Of a stretch of DNA of 64,000 nucleotides, positions 12,788 to 24,575 are shown piece by piece (position 1 is the first letter of the stretch; every line of letters begins with the position of its first letter). Location: the NCBI RefSeq assembly GCF_964213995.1, contig NC_135806.1:79794001-79858000 (forward strand), given 5' to 3'. Below the pieces are notes generated by a model that had not been told where the DNA came from, did no database searches, and saw only the letters and a program-made list of their open reading frames with translations. The position numbers and the translations under genes are program-made. Origin of the DNA: Mustelus asterias. Taxonomy: Eukaryota.

Positions 12788-13074
12788 TATTTGCTACCAA
12801 ATAAACCTGTTGGACTTTAACCTGGTGTTGTGAGACTTCTTACTGTGCTTACCCCAGTCCAACGCCGGCATCTCCACATCAGGTTAGTTAATTGGTCATG
12901 CTAAATTGGCCTTTAGTGTCAAGGAGATTTACACTGTAAATATGTGGGATTATGGGAATAGGGCTTTGGGTTGTTGTCGGTTCAGGCTTGATGGGCCAAA
13001 TGGCCTCTTTCTGTACTGTAGGGATTCTATAAATTTATCCTGACAAGGCAAATGTCTCTCTATAGGGTCATTAT

Positions 13075-13182
13075 TTTCAGCTTTGATGAAGGGGCATCCT
13101 GACTCAAAGCATTGGCTCTATTTTCCCTCCACAGATGTTGTAAGAACTGCTGAGGTTTTCCAGCTTTTCTCTTTCTGATTTG
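13075..13182 (+). mobile_element. Degenerate Penelope family B pLTR fragment
   Basis: Similar to 53020-53225, with a decayed hammerhead core (ttgatgaaggggcatcctgactcaaagc). Confidence 0.6.
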
Positions 13183-14059
13183 GTAGAATTAATCTTAGAG
13201 GGTTTCCCTTATCTTGTTGGGAGGAGAAAGGGCATATCTCTCTCTGAAAAACCCTATTGGTGAGTGTCCTGATGATTCTTCTTCTCATTAGTGGGGTTTC
13301 CTTGGTGGAATAGGCTTTAAATTCTTCAACGATGGGGAGCCTGATTTGTACCTTTGATATGGCTGGAGAGGAGAGAGGTTTGTAATGTTGTGAGCCTTGG
13401 TTCCTGTACATGGGAATGCACTTTGCCAGGCCACATCTTTTACCGATGGAGGTATGCTGAGGTTCCTCTTTTTCTGGGTTATCCTTTCATTGATTAGAAG
13501 TCCTGGGATGTTGAGTTAGGCCCCAGTTCATTATATATTACCTCATGAGGAAACCCATATATTGTGTAGTATATTGTGTCTCTGTTATCCTGTGGAGGAG
13601 GGCATGTACCATGGGGTCACGTGCTCATGATGTTACCCTGTTGTCCAGAGATTTCCTGCCCTTTCTGTATCTTTCTTTATTCATATGAGAGGAAACACCA
13701 ACTACAATGATTGCAATGATTGATAATTTGAATAATTTGTATGGTTTTATGTGGAATAATAATTACACTGTGCCATACTAGGAATTTGTTGTGTATTGTG
13801 GTGAATGTGAAACAGAAAACTTCCAATAAAAACATCTTGAAAAAGAATTAGCCTATTAACCACAGTATCGATATGGTTTGTCCAGTTCAGTTTCATCAAT
13901 CAAGCAGCAGCTCAGAACAACAGTTAACACCCATAGTCTAACCTAATATGATGCCCCAGTTTAACCATAATGCCAAAAATTGCACACGGGGTCCCAACTT
14001 GTCTTAATCTGGACCCAAATAGTTTCATAGACAACATGGTTGGATCATCATAATGATAT

Positions 14060-14413
14060 GGGCAGAACAGGGGTGCACTGGTTAGCATTGCTGCCTCACA
14101 GCACCAGGCACCCGGGTTTGATTCCAGCCTTGGGTGACTGTCTGTGTGGAGTTTGTATGTTCTCTCCGTGTCTGCATGGGTTGCCTCCGGGTGCTCTGGT
14201 TTGCTTCCACAGTCCAAAGATGTGCAGGTTAGGTGGAGTGACCATGGTAAATTGCTCCTTAGTGTCCCAATATGTGTAGGTTAGGTGGATTACACTTGAT
14301 AAATGCTGAAGGATAGAGCAGCAGGTTGGGCCAGGGTAAAAATGTTCTTTTGGAGACTCAGTACAGACTCAATGGGCCAAATGGTCTCCTTCTGCACCGT
14401 AGGGATTCTATGA
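14060..14413 (+). mobile_element. HE1-like SINE (tail A)
   Basis: tRNA-like head, V-core and tail gggccaaatggtctccttctgcaccgtagggattctatga. Confidence 0.88.
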
Positions 14414-14489
14414 TTTGATGAAAAGCTGAATTTGATGACTGAAGTCCTGACACAGGGGCCAAAAGTGGGAGGCAAGCCCATTTAACATT

Positions 14490-14832
14490 GAAACATAGAA
14501 AATAGGGGCATGCGGAGGCCATTCAGCCCATCATTAATTTTGATCATGGCTGATCATCCAACTCGAAGGCTTGATCCCTGCCTTTTCCCCCACATCCTTT
14601 GATTATTTTCACCTCAAGTGCTATATCTAACTGCTTCTTGAAAACATTCAAATTTTTGGCTTTTACTACTTTCTGTAGTAGCGAATTCTATAGGCTGACC
14701 ACTCACTGGGTGAAGGAATTTCTCCTCGTCTCTGGCCTAAATGGTCTATTCTGTATCCTCAGAATGTGACCCCAGGTTCTGGACAGCCCCACCATCGGGA
14801 ACATCCTTCTTGCATCTACCCTGTCCAATCCA
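14490..14832 (-). mobile_element. CR1 3' fragment
   Basis: gaaacatagaa tail; translates as RMFPMVG..RTWGH..ETRRNSFTQ. Confidence 0.85.
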
Positions 14833-15256
14833 ACAGTGACCACAGTGGCACCCAAGGAGGCATATTCCTGGTGGTGACTAATTAAGAAGTAACTGTCCAG
14901 ATTGCAAACCCTATTGAGAATGGCAGCCCACCCACAAGTGCTTCTGGCCCACTCAGAGGGCTGGTAGCTCAGCCCCACCATCACCAGCAGCAGCCATTGC
15001 TGGGGCTGCACCAGCAGGATGAAGGTACATTGATGGCTGAGCACCCTTCAAGACAATGGAGTGGGGTCTGGAGTCAAGCAGCAAACTATCAGTGGAGGCA
15101 GTAAGAATCCCTTAATTAGAGACTTGCATGGCTCAATTGGACTCAATTGGACTGCTAGTAGATGGCCCATCTGCCAATTTTCCCACTGCTGCCTCCCTAC
15201 GCTATTTTGGCAGACTTCCCACCTCCCAGCCTGTCACCAAAAGATGGGAAAAATCC

Positions 15257-15550
15257 ATAGAATAGAATCCCTACAGTACAGAAGGAGGCCATTCGGCCCA
15301 GCAAGTCTGCACCGATCACAATACCACCCAGATCCTATTCCCATAACCCCACATATTTAACCTGTTAATCCCCTGACACTAGGGTCAATTTAGTATGGCC
15401 AATCAACCTAACCCGCATATCTTTGGACTGTGAGAGAAAACCGGAGCACCCGGGGTGAATATGCAAACTCCACACAGTGACCAGAGGCCGGAATTGAACC
15501 TTGTCCCACTGTGAGGCAGCAATGCTAACCACGATGCCACTGTGCCGCCC
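15257..15550 (-). mobile_element. HE1-like SINE (tail A)
   Basis: Reverse-complement head, core and tail. Confidence 0.88.
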
Positions 15551-16825
15551 AAATCCTCCCCCACAGGCCCCGGCTATCACAAATTCTTGCCATGCGGTCC
15601 TCAATTCATTCCTTCTTCTATTCAGAATTGGGATTCACAGAAATTAATTCCAAATTACATTTATCATCTGTCATATGAGCAACAGCAAAAAGACCATGAC
15701 CATTACACTCTGCTGAGTCCACAGTTTGTTGGTGCTCTATAATCCACATACCCACCATTTAACAGTACATTGGCCACCACATATATCGGACATGCTCATA
15801 TCATGCGATCTTTGCTGGCAATGCACGATGAACGGTAAATCCATCGGACTCACTAATAACTGCAAAGCATAAGAGCAAATGTCATTGCTTATCCTAGCTT
15901 TTCCAAAAAACAATTTATTCCAACAGTCAGTACACCAATGAATCTGACAACTTTGCTGACATCAGAGCCCTGAAACCATTTAAGAGGAAGTTAGATTGAC
16001 GGGGGCAATCAGAAACTGGAGCAAACAGTAACCTGACTTGGCATACTTCCAATAACCTCCTGTTTCAATTGTAATTGTCTTTCAAGAACCCTTATATGTT
16101 GGTCAGTAAGAATTTATTGGACAAAGATGCTGCTTCTCAATATACAATTAATGTCACTTGTTTGGGCTCAGATGGAGTGAGGATTTAGTGGCACTGCAAA
16201 CAGCTTCTTGAACCACCCAAAATAAGCTATCCACTACATGCAGTTCAAGTGGCATTTTTGTAGCTGACACCTATGGCAATGATGAATAGTTATCCCCATT
16301 TGTCTGATGTAGATGACAGTGTAAGTGGTGGGGGCTGTATTCCACTATATACTGAAATCCTATTATAAAGAATTTGTCTATACTTAAAAATGTTCCCAAT
16401 GAATCCTAATGAAGTGAAACTGTTCCTATAATGAAATGTTGATAAGACAAAAACACTCCATGACAAAGGCCATGGGCTTTAATAAAGATGTAATCACTCA
16501 CTTTGCCAACAGCAATGTACATCAAGCAGAACATGAAATACATCTAGGTATTATCAAAAACATATTTCATCAAGGTATTTCTTTTAAATAATCAATTATT
16601 TTTATGACAGCTGAACCACAGCTAAACAGATCCACTGTTTTGAGGAAATTTTGCTTCCAAAGAATGCCAAGTTGCAGCTTTGTTTATAGTAGTTGGCCAG
16701 AGATGCCAATGGTGCAGTAACATCCAGATGATTCAGCATAATTGGCAAATAGAAATTATACAGATCAACAGAAACCTATTAAGTGCATAACAAAATTGAT
16801 TAAAGGTCACTACCTGAAACATTGA

Positions 16826-17530
16826 GGGGTATTTTAGACACTCCCACCAGTGTATTTGCAGCTAGGGTGGGCACATAAAATGAAACAGGCGGCTAGCCCA
16901 CTGCCTTCCCTCCACCCCCCGAGCTGACACCCGTATTAGGATGCATGGTTAAGAAATCAGCCAGTCTGCTCGTTCATAAGCTTCTTGAGGCCCTTAAGCG
17001 GCCAGTTTATATCAGTTCAAGGCCTTATTCTGCCTCTGCCACAGTAACACCTGCAGCTGGGGAAGGCAGAACAAAGGAGGCCAGACCACTAGTGTTGTAT
17101 CTTGGGGTAAAAGGCGTAAAGGAAAAGGGAGATATCTTCTCTGAGGAATTGCCTGTGACCATTGGGGGGAGGGGGGCAACCATCTCCAAAATCATAATCT
17201 CCCCCCCACCCTTTGTGCCTCCCCCCCTGGCCTCCAAAAGCCTGCTCCCCCAATCCCATGTCCCCTCACTCGAGTCTCTGATCCCTCCTTGGACTTTCCT
17301 TGAACTCCAGCACCCCTGGATCTTCTGCTCAGGACTACTTGTATCCCCAGCAGTGGCCAATACTATGACCTGGCACTGTTCAGCTGCTGGCCAACAGATC
17401 TCAGGGGAGGGATCTCCAGTCTCTGAGGGCTGGATGTCTCATTTTCTATGACCTGGTTAAGTCACCCCTGGCATACAATTGCTGTGAGGCAGTCCTTTTC
17501 CTAAAGAGTTGGTGGGCTTCTCTAACATTG
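16826..17530. mobile_element. GC-rich non-autonomous DNA transposon-like relic
   Basis: Abrupt GC-rich block sharing short motifs with similar blocks at 14830-15255 and 46970-47550. Confidence 0.35.
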
Positions 17531-18284
17531 GGAGATGGGGGGTGGCGGGGGGGGGGGGGGGGGGGGGGAAATAGGGAGGGGAAAGCAAATGTACTCCTGT
17601 TAAGATTCACCCCGTTATCCTCTTATTTTTCTCTCCATGGATGCCTGACCTGCTGGGATTTTTCAGCATTTTCTGCTCTGTTGTTTTTTAAGTTAACGGA
17701 TTTAAGAACTAACTATCATAGAATATTTGTTATAGAACCAGTTGTAGAGAGAACCATGCCACAGGTTCATGTTTATACCAATTGACTCCTCAATAGTGTG
17801 AATCAATTAAATAGAGGAAATAACATGTCTAAACAAGTGGGACTGATCTCACAATAAATAGCTCAGCGCGATAATTGTGTGTAAGCTTCTGTCATGGCCA
17901 TTATCTGCCTAACCGTGATATCACATTAAGATTCATGTCGGGCCCTACACAACTAGGAAGCCATTTGAGCTTTCCTTAGCTTAAAAAAAAGCCTCAATAA
18001 AATGTGAAGATCTTATGTTGTTGCAGTACACTAAGAGGTGGGGGATACACCAATTGCACTCTGATTATACAGATGTGTAAAATGGAGGATGATGGGTAGG
18101 ATTTTCCTCACAGGCTTCTGGACCTGAAACAAATGGCACCCGGAGCCCGCAGCTGTCAGTAGCCAGGCCGAGAGCTATTTTCCCAGAAGTTGTCTCCTAA
18201 CTTGTCACAATCACAGCAGTCCTGGAGCCCCACCAGGTGAAGCGCTGAGGCAGGTCAAGTATAGGTCAAGTATACCAGAATAAA

Positions 18285-18720
18285 GGCAAAATACCGTGAA
18301 TACTGGAATTCTAAAACAAACCACAGAAAGTACAGTAAACGCCTCGAGTTTGTTTGACTCCAGAACTAAATCAAGGAAGAAATGTGATGGATTATTTACT
18401 ATATAAGAGGGGGGTTTGGCAGTTGGAGCAGAGTAGAAGGTCAGTGATTGGTGGGAGCTAGGAGAGATTGCAATAAAGATGTAGGTCACTAGGTAGAGGG
18501 AGTGTTGATGGCAGGAGAAGGTGCTGGTAGTTGCAAATAGGTAAGATATCAGAATGTCTTAATGGGAGAATCAAGGTCAGTGCTCAGTGAAAGCAAAACT
18601 TAAGAACAAGTGACAGATGGCCTAGTGGGGGAAAGAAGGATATTTTGCATTGGGACAAAAAATACAAGTGTGTCTCAAAATGGAGCCATCCTCTGTAGAG
18701 TGAACATGTTAACTTTTTTT
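18285..18720 (-). mobile_element. Degenerate Penelope-like terminal region
   Basis: Begins gcaaaataccgtgaatactggaattctaaaacaaa, similar to the family B end at 52097. Confidence 0.55.
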
Positions 18721-18831
18721 ACAGAGAGGGGCAAGTAGTTTAGTTTGGAAGGGAATGTCCTCCAGTGTTAGCATTTGGACTGGGTACAGCTGTTGATTCC
18801 AATAGGCTTCCTCTTCAGGGGATAAAGTCTT

Positions 18832-18959
18832 TGGGTGGGATTTTTCGGCCGCACTCACCCCAAAACCGGAAAGTCCCGCCTGAGGTCAACGGACCTTTGC
18901 ATGGTTCGTCCTCTGCCTGCTAGGATTCCTGTGGTGGGCAGGTTGGGAAAATTTCCCCC
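18832..18959. mobile_element. MITE-like element
   Basis: gggtgggatttttc...gaaaatttcccc termini; homologous to the 9868 copy. Confidence 0.7.
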
Positions 18960-19862
18960 TTTGTCTCTAATGTTCCCCCACTGTCCAGGCTGCTGCAGGG
19001 AAGCTGCCTCTATTGAGGCAGCAGCCTCTCCATGAGGTAGGGAGCTACTCCATAGGTGACAAAACTTGGCCCTTGATTGGGGCTTTAAATATGCAGATTT
19101 TCTGCCACTGTCACCTTCTAACAAATAGTCGATCTGTATTCCTGCTAACCCAAGGAAACATCATGTAGCTAGTTCTCCTCTGTTTTCCCACTGCCCAACA
19201 TTCCTCTGCCCACTTTCTACCACCCCTTTCCCCTCCCCCCCCTCCCCAGCCCCAACCCACCACTATGAACACTCTTGCCTCTCGCCACTCTAGGCCAGGA
19301 AAACTTTGCCCTATGAATCTGACTATGGAGTGACCTATTTTGATTTGTGTTTGTTAATTTTGTAATAGGGTGCTGATATTTTCCAAATGTGTCCCTAAAT
19401 GTTTTGTTGAGGATGTCCTTTCCTTTACTTTGAAATTTGAATGATAAAAGAGGCAGCAGTAACATGAGATTGCTAAAAGTCCTGTTAGAAGTATTATTAC
19501 ACGGTTCCAAAGGCCAAGCCATTGTATATAGCTAGATGGCCCACTATACTAGTCATTATTTAATTCTGATGTTATTCAACAAATTGCCCTAATGGAAGAA
19601 TGATTAGCATCCCATTCTGCTAAAGGGACACTGCCTTCATGAGAACATGTTGATTAAAACGGTACCTGCATGAACTAATGCAGCCACTGTTGAGTGTCTT
19701 CCGTAGCAAATGTCTTGAGAAACCACAGGGTATAATTTGAAAGCACAATTCTATCTTGAATCAACCCTTAAACGTTTTACTTTCCATTCATCATTTACAA
19801 ATATATAATGTCATTCCCTAAATTATATCAAAAAGCATCACGTGACTTGATGATGTTGCAAA

Positions 19863-20646
19863 GAAAATGACACCTCTCCAAACTGAACATCCTCAATGTA
19901 GTAAAAGCAGGTTTTGGCAGAACTCATCTTTAATTCACTTTCTACCTGGTTTCCCAGCAATGGAAGATTTGAGTCATTTCTACTCTATTTTCTTTCTACC
20001 TGCTCAATTGTGCATCAGAGCTCACATCCAAATGAGTTAAATCACATTTCATCTGGTTCACAATATTTTCAGCACAGCATATGAATTTAAAGACAACATT
20101 ATCACACATTATGAACTCTTCACATCAATAAGACCAATTAAGGTGCAATGCTGGCTAGAAAACGGATGTTTCTTCAGACTACCTATCAAATAATTTTGGA
20201 TAGTACACTATTAATAACAGAATCATTTTTCTCCTGAGAATTCTTGTGTTGTTAAAGCACAGAACAAACGATGGCGTTAGCTAATATAACTGCAGATTTA
20301 AAAGAAAACTGGAGAAATGTGTTGAGATAAATAATGAGACAGATCTTTAATCTGATCTCAGCCCAATTGTGTATATTTTTCTTAATGTCAGAAAAAAAGA
20401 ATTGTATAGATAGAGAGGCCCATCATTTGTGGTCTTAAAATATTTCCGGTTAGTACTTCACAAAAAAACTTGCCTGTTAATGTTTTTACAACCCAAAACA
20501 TTTGAGAGGAAAACAGTTTGCAATGTAGAATGATGTGGTTTTGAATTAAAATGTTTGCATGGGATTAGGACCTTGATTATGAAAATGACACCTCTCCAAG
20601 GTGAACATCCTCAATGTGATGTAAGCAGGTTTTGTAAGAACTCATC
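19863..20646. repeat. Diverged 66-bp direct repeat (19863-19928 and 20581-20646)
   Basis: gaaaatgacacctctccaa..tgaacatcctcaatgt....aagcaggtttt...agaactcatc occurs twice, 718 bp apart. Confidence 0.85.
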
Positions 20647-21145
20647 ATAGTCAGTATCAGACTATATACCTGTGCAACTGATATGAAGAGACAGTGGCCC
20701 CGAATTTCATGGATTTGGAATGACTTCAGAGCCATTTAAAAAGCAGGTGGCATCCAATTCTGGGATTTCTGCCACCATTCCTGCCCATGAACGATTGCTG
20801 GTATGGGATAAGGGTTCAGGATTCACTCCTGACCAACCAGCTCTTTTGTTGGGGTAGGTGTCTCCTCATGCTCTGCAAGCTTTGTAGATTTTTGCCAGCT
20901 TCCAGATGACTCATGGAGTCACAAAATGTAATCTGGATTCAGTAACCTTTGACAGGCAAATTCAAAAGGTCTTACCCAAGCCAGCCATGCCAACTCATAC
21001 CACCCACCATCACTATGGCTGCTTAAAGCTCCCATGCTAACTCAAGCCTTCTATTTATTCCCCATCCTCCCCCAATGGCTTCTCGTACTCTCCATGTCCA
21101 TTTACATAGTATACATTATGTACAGAACCAACTAATCTGAAAGGA

Positions 21146-22355
21146 ACAACAGCATGGCTTTGTGAGTGGAAAACCATGTCTCACAAATTTAATTGTGTTT
21201 TTTGAAGGGGTAACCAAGAAGGTAGATGCGGGCAGTGCAGTTGATGTTGTCTACATGGACTTTAGCAAGGTCTTTGACAAGGTACCGCATGGTAGGTTGT
21301 TGCATAAAGTTAAACCTCATGGGATCCAGGGTGAGGTATCTAAATGGATACAAAATTGGCTTCTTGACAGAATAAGAAGTCTCACAACACCAGGTTAAAG
21401 TCCAACAGGTTCATTTGGTAGCAAAAGCCACTAGCTTTCGGAGCGCTTGCTGTTCCTTCAGTGAGGAAGGTTATCTCCAATTGCAATGGGATCTTGATCA
21501 ATTGGGCCAGTGGGCTGATGAATGGCAGATGGAGTTTAATTTAGACAAATGCGAGGTGATGCATTTTGGTAGATTGAACCAGGGCAGGACTTATTCAGTT
21601 AATGGTACGGCGTTGGGGAGAGTTACAGAACAAAGAGATCTAGGGGTACATGTTCATAGCTCCTTGAAAGTGGAGTCACAGGTGGGCAGAGTGGTGAAGA
21701 AGGCATTCGGCATGCTTGCTTTCATTAGTCAGAACATTGAATACAGGAGTTGGGATGTCTTGTTTAAGTTGTACAAGACATTGGTAAGGCCATACTTGGA
21801 ATACTGTGTGCAATTCTGGTCACCCTATTATAGAAAGGATATTATTAAACTAGAAAGAGTGCAGAAAAGATTTACCAGGATGCTACCAGGACTTGACGCA
21901 TTGAGCTATAAGGAGAGGCTGAATAGACTGGGACTTTTTTCTCTGGAGCATAGGAGGCTGAGGGGTGACCTTATAGAGGTCTATAAAATAATGCGGGGCA
22001 TAGACAAGGTAGATAGTCAATATATTTTCCCAAAGGTAGGGGAGTCTAAAACTAGAGGGCATAGGTTTAAGATGAGAGGGGAGAGATACAAAAGTGTCCA
22101 GAGGGGCAATTTTTTCACACAGAGTGTGGTGAGTGTCTGGAACAAGCTGCCAGAGGTAGTAGTAGAGGCGGGTACAATTTTATCTTTTAAAAAGCATTTA
22201 GATAGTTATATGGGTACAATGGGTATAGAGGGATTTGGGCCAAATGCGGGCAATTGGGATTAGTTTAGGGGTTTAAAAAAAAAGGGCGGCATGGACAAGT
22301 TGGGCCGAAGGGCCTGTTTCCATGCTGTAAACCTCTATGACTCGATGACTCTATG
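21146..22355 (+). mobile_element. CR1 (HER1-like) LINE, RT region to 3' tail
   Basis: ORFs 21162-21398 (YMDFSKVFDKVPH) and 21415-22263; ctctatga tail. Confidence 0.95.
21373..21459 (-). mobile_element. Penelope family A pLTR fragment replacing part of the CR1 RT
   Basis: taagaagtctcacaacaccaggttaaagtcc...; the CR1 QGSVLGP-FADD segment is missing at this site. Confidence 0.85.
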
Positions 22356-23142
22356 TGTGGAACTGCTCAAGAATGGGACTGCCTGGAATCTTTGGCTCAG
22401 AAGTCCTGTCTCAAGACCTCCACTTCCAGCACCCGAATCATAATAGAATAGGTAACATGGCCAAGCAGCCTCCTCTGTGCTGTATGATTCTATGATTATT
22501 TTATTCCTAGACAGCTGGAAGCATTGGAAGAATTAATGGCTTCTATTGCTTATTCTGTTTTTTACTTTTTGTAATTAACATGTGGTCACCCATTCTAGTC
22601 ATGTAAGATCAATACATTCTACTCAACATGCCAGCAAGAAACATGCTATTGCCTCTATCTTTTAGATAGCATCACTGTCCTCTGTTCAAAACTAGTTTTA
22701 TTCTCTGAGGTCTTTTGTGTACACTTGAAATGGTCTAAGTGTTTATGATTCCTTTCCAAAAGAATGATCATTTAATTTTTCTTTTTCTATCTGTGATTCC
22801 TGCCTCAATCCCTTCAATGACGACAGTGCTTACTGAGGTCCTTCCTCCTGGTGCCTGCTTGGGTCTTTTCTATAATTAAAAGTTTACTTTATTGAACAAG
22901 ATTTACCAGTAACAATAAAGTTTCAAATGGAAATGATAATGCATATATGAGGAAGTAAATGCCAGAATAGGTAATGTGAAGAGAAATGGTTTGTGAGGTT
23001 GTGTGTGTATATAGGGGTGAGTCGGGTGGAGGAGCTGTGTGGGGAGGGGGAAGACGGAAGCTCAAGGTATCAACCTCAGCTTGATGGTCGCACGCATACT
23101 TCTGAAACTGGGTGGAATTGAGAGTTGTGAGGAGGATGCAAA

Positions 23143-23430
23143 GAGGCACGGTGGCACAGTGGTTCGCACTGCTGCCTCACAGCACCAGGGACCCAGGTTC
23201 AATTCCTGGCTTGGGCCACTGTCTGTGTGGAGTCTACACATTCTCCCCATGTCTGAGTGGGTTCCCTCTGGGTGCTCTGGTTTCCTTCCACAGTCTGAAA
23301 GACATCCTGGTTAGGTGCATTGGCCATGCTAAATTTTCCCTCAGTGTACCCAGGCACCAGAGTGTGCTGACTAGGGGATTTTCACAGTAACTTCAATGCA
23401 GTGTTAATAATAAAATAAACAATAAACAAA
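23143..23430 (+). mobile_element. V-SINE (tail B)
   Basis: Same structure as the 5697 copy. Confidence 0.88.
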
Positions 23431-23431
23431 G

Positions 23432-24286
23432 ACAAGGTGATTGAGTGGGCAAACACATGGCAGATGCAATACAATGTGGCTAAATGTGAAGTTATACCCT
23501 TTGGTGTAAAAAATAGAAAGAAAGACTATTGATATATTGGGAAGTGTGGATGTACAAAGAGATCTGGTTGTCCTTGTACATCAGTAAATGTAAGTGGAGA
23601 GGCAGGTGCCACAAGCAATTAGGAAGGCAAATGGTACGTTTGTCTTTATTGCAAGAGGATTTGAGTTCAGAAGTATAGATGTCTCACTGCAGCTATACAA
23701 GGCCTTGCTGAGCCCACATCTGGAGTATTGTGAAGTTTTGGTCTCCCTACCTAAGAAAGGATATTCTTACCATGGAGGAACAATAGCGGAGATTCACTAA
23801 GCTGATAGTGGGGTTGGTGGGACTGTCCTCGGAGAAGAGATTTGTTCAACTGGGCCTGTGTTCACTAGAGTTTAGAAGGATGAGAGGAGATCTCATAGAA
23901 ATGTCTAAAATTTGAACAGGGTTGGACAGATTAGATGCAGAGAGGATATTTTCCCTAGTTGGGGAATCTTGAACCAGGGAACACAGTCTCAGGATATGGG
24001 ATAGACCATTTAGGACTGAGATGAGGAAAAATTTCTTCACAGGGTCGTAAACCTGTGGAATTCTCTATCACAGACGGCTGTGGAGGCCAGGTCACTGAAG
24101 ATATTCAAGAAAGAGATGGATAAATTTTTAGACTTTACACTTCCTAATATATCAATGGCATCAAGGGGTATAGGGAGAAAACAGGAATATGGCATTGAGA
24201 TGGAGGATCAGCCATGATCATATTGAATAGCGGAGCATACTCGAAGGGCCAAGGGCCTACTCCTGCTCACAGTTTCTATGTTTCTG
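23432..24286 (+). mobile_element. Older CR1 3' fragment
   Basis: QLYKALLSPHLEYC motif; tail tttctatgtttct. Confidence 0.88.
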
Positions 24287-24289
24287 TGA

Positions 24290-24575
24290 GACAGAAGCAT
24301 AGGTGTTCAAGACTCAAGACTCCAGGACTTGAGCTCACTCTGGGGATTTGAGCAAAAGTTCAAGACCAACAATTTAGTACAATCCTGAGGGGTACTACAC
24401 TGGCAGAAGAAGTGGATGAGCCACTCAACAGTCGTCCTGTGTGCCGGCAAGGTGGATCTAAAAGATTCCATGGCATGATTTTAAAAAAACTTGAAGTAGA
24501 ATTTGCCCAGTGTTCTAATGAATCTTTAGCCCTTAATCAACATTACCAAAGTGCATTATCTGGTCATTTATTTCA
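24290..24575 (+). mobile_element. Degenerate Deu-domain SINE (SacSINE1-like)
   Basis: Similar to the 57930 copy (ttgagca...tgagggg..tacactg; tctggtcatt). Confidence 0.5.

Larger units (their letters stand above)
11892..12880. mobile_element. Penelope-like element (family A) as a fold-back palindrome
   Basis: Arms 11892-12365 and 12372-12845 (474 bp each, 6-nt spacer), plus a 35-bp tail. Both arms encode a GIY-YIG C-terminus (VGEHF..GHS..DL...RRVAEQKLI..F.T..DGLN). 13-bp TSD. Confidence 0.93.
11721..13030 (+). mobile_element. HE1-like SINE split by a Penelope-like insertion
   Basis: Head and core at 11721-11890; the SINE resumes at 12881-13030. aggttagttaatt is duplicated across the insertion. 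Confidence 0.9.

Noticed and set aside
11892-12845. DNA transposon or foldback element with long TIRs
   Set aside because: The arms encode a GIY-YIG C-terminus and hammerhead-bearing pLTRs, and TSD length varies among copies. This indicates a Penelope-like retroelement.
16945-17451. 168-aa proline-rich ORF
   Set aside because: It lies in a GC-rich, low-complexity transposon-like block with no recognisable motif.
17536-17568. G-quadruplex regulatory elements at poly-G/C runs (also 26434, 36945, 47129)
   Set aside because: These are homopolymer expansions in or next to repeats, with no independent evidence of function.
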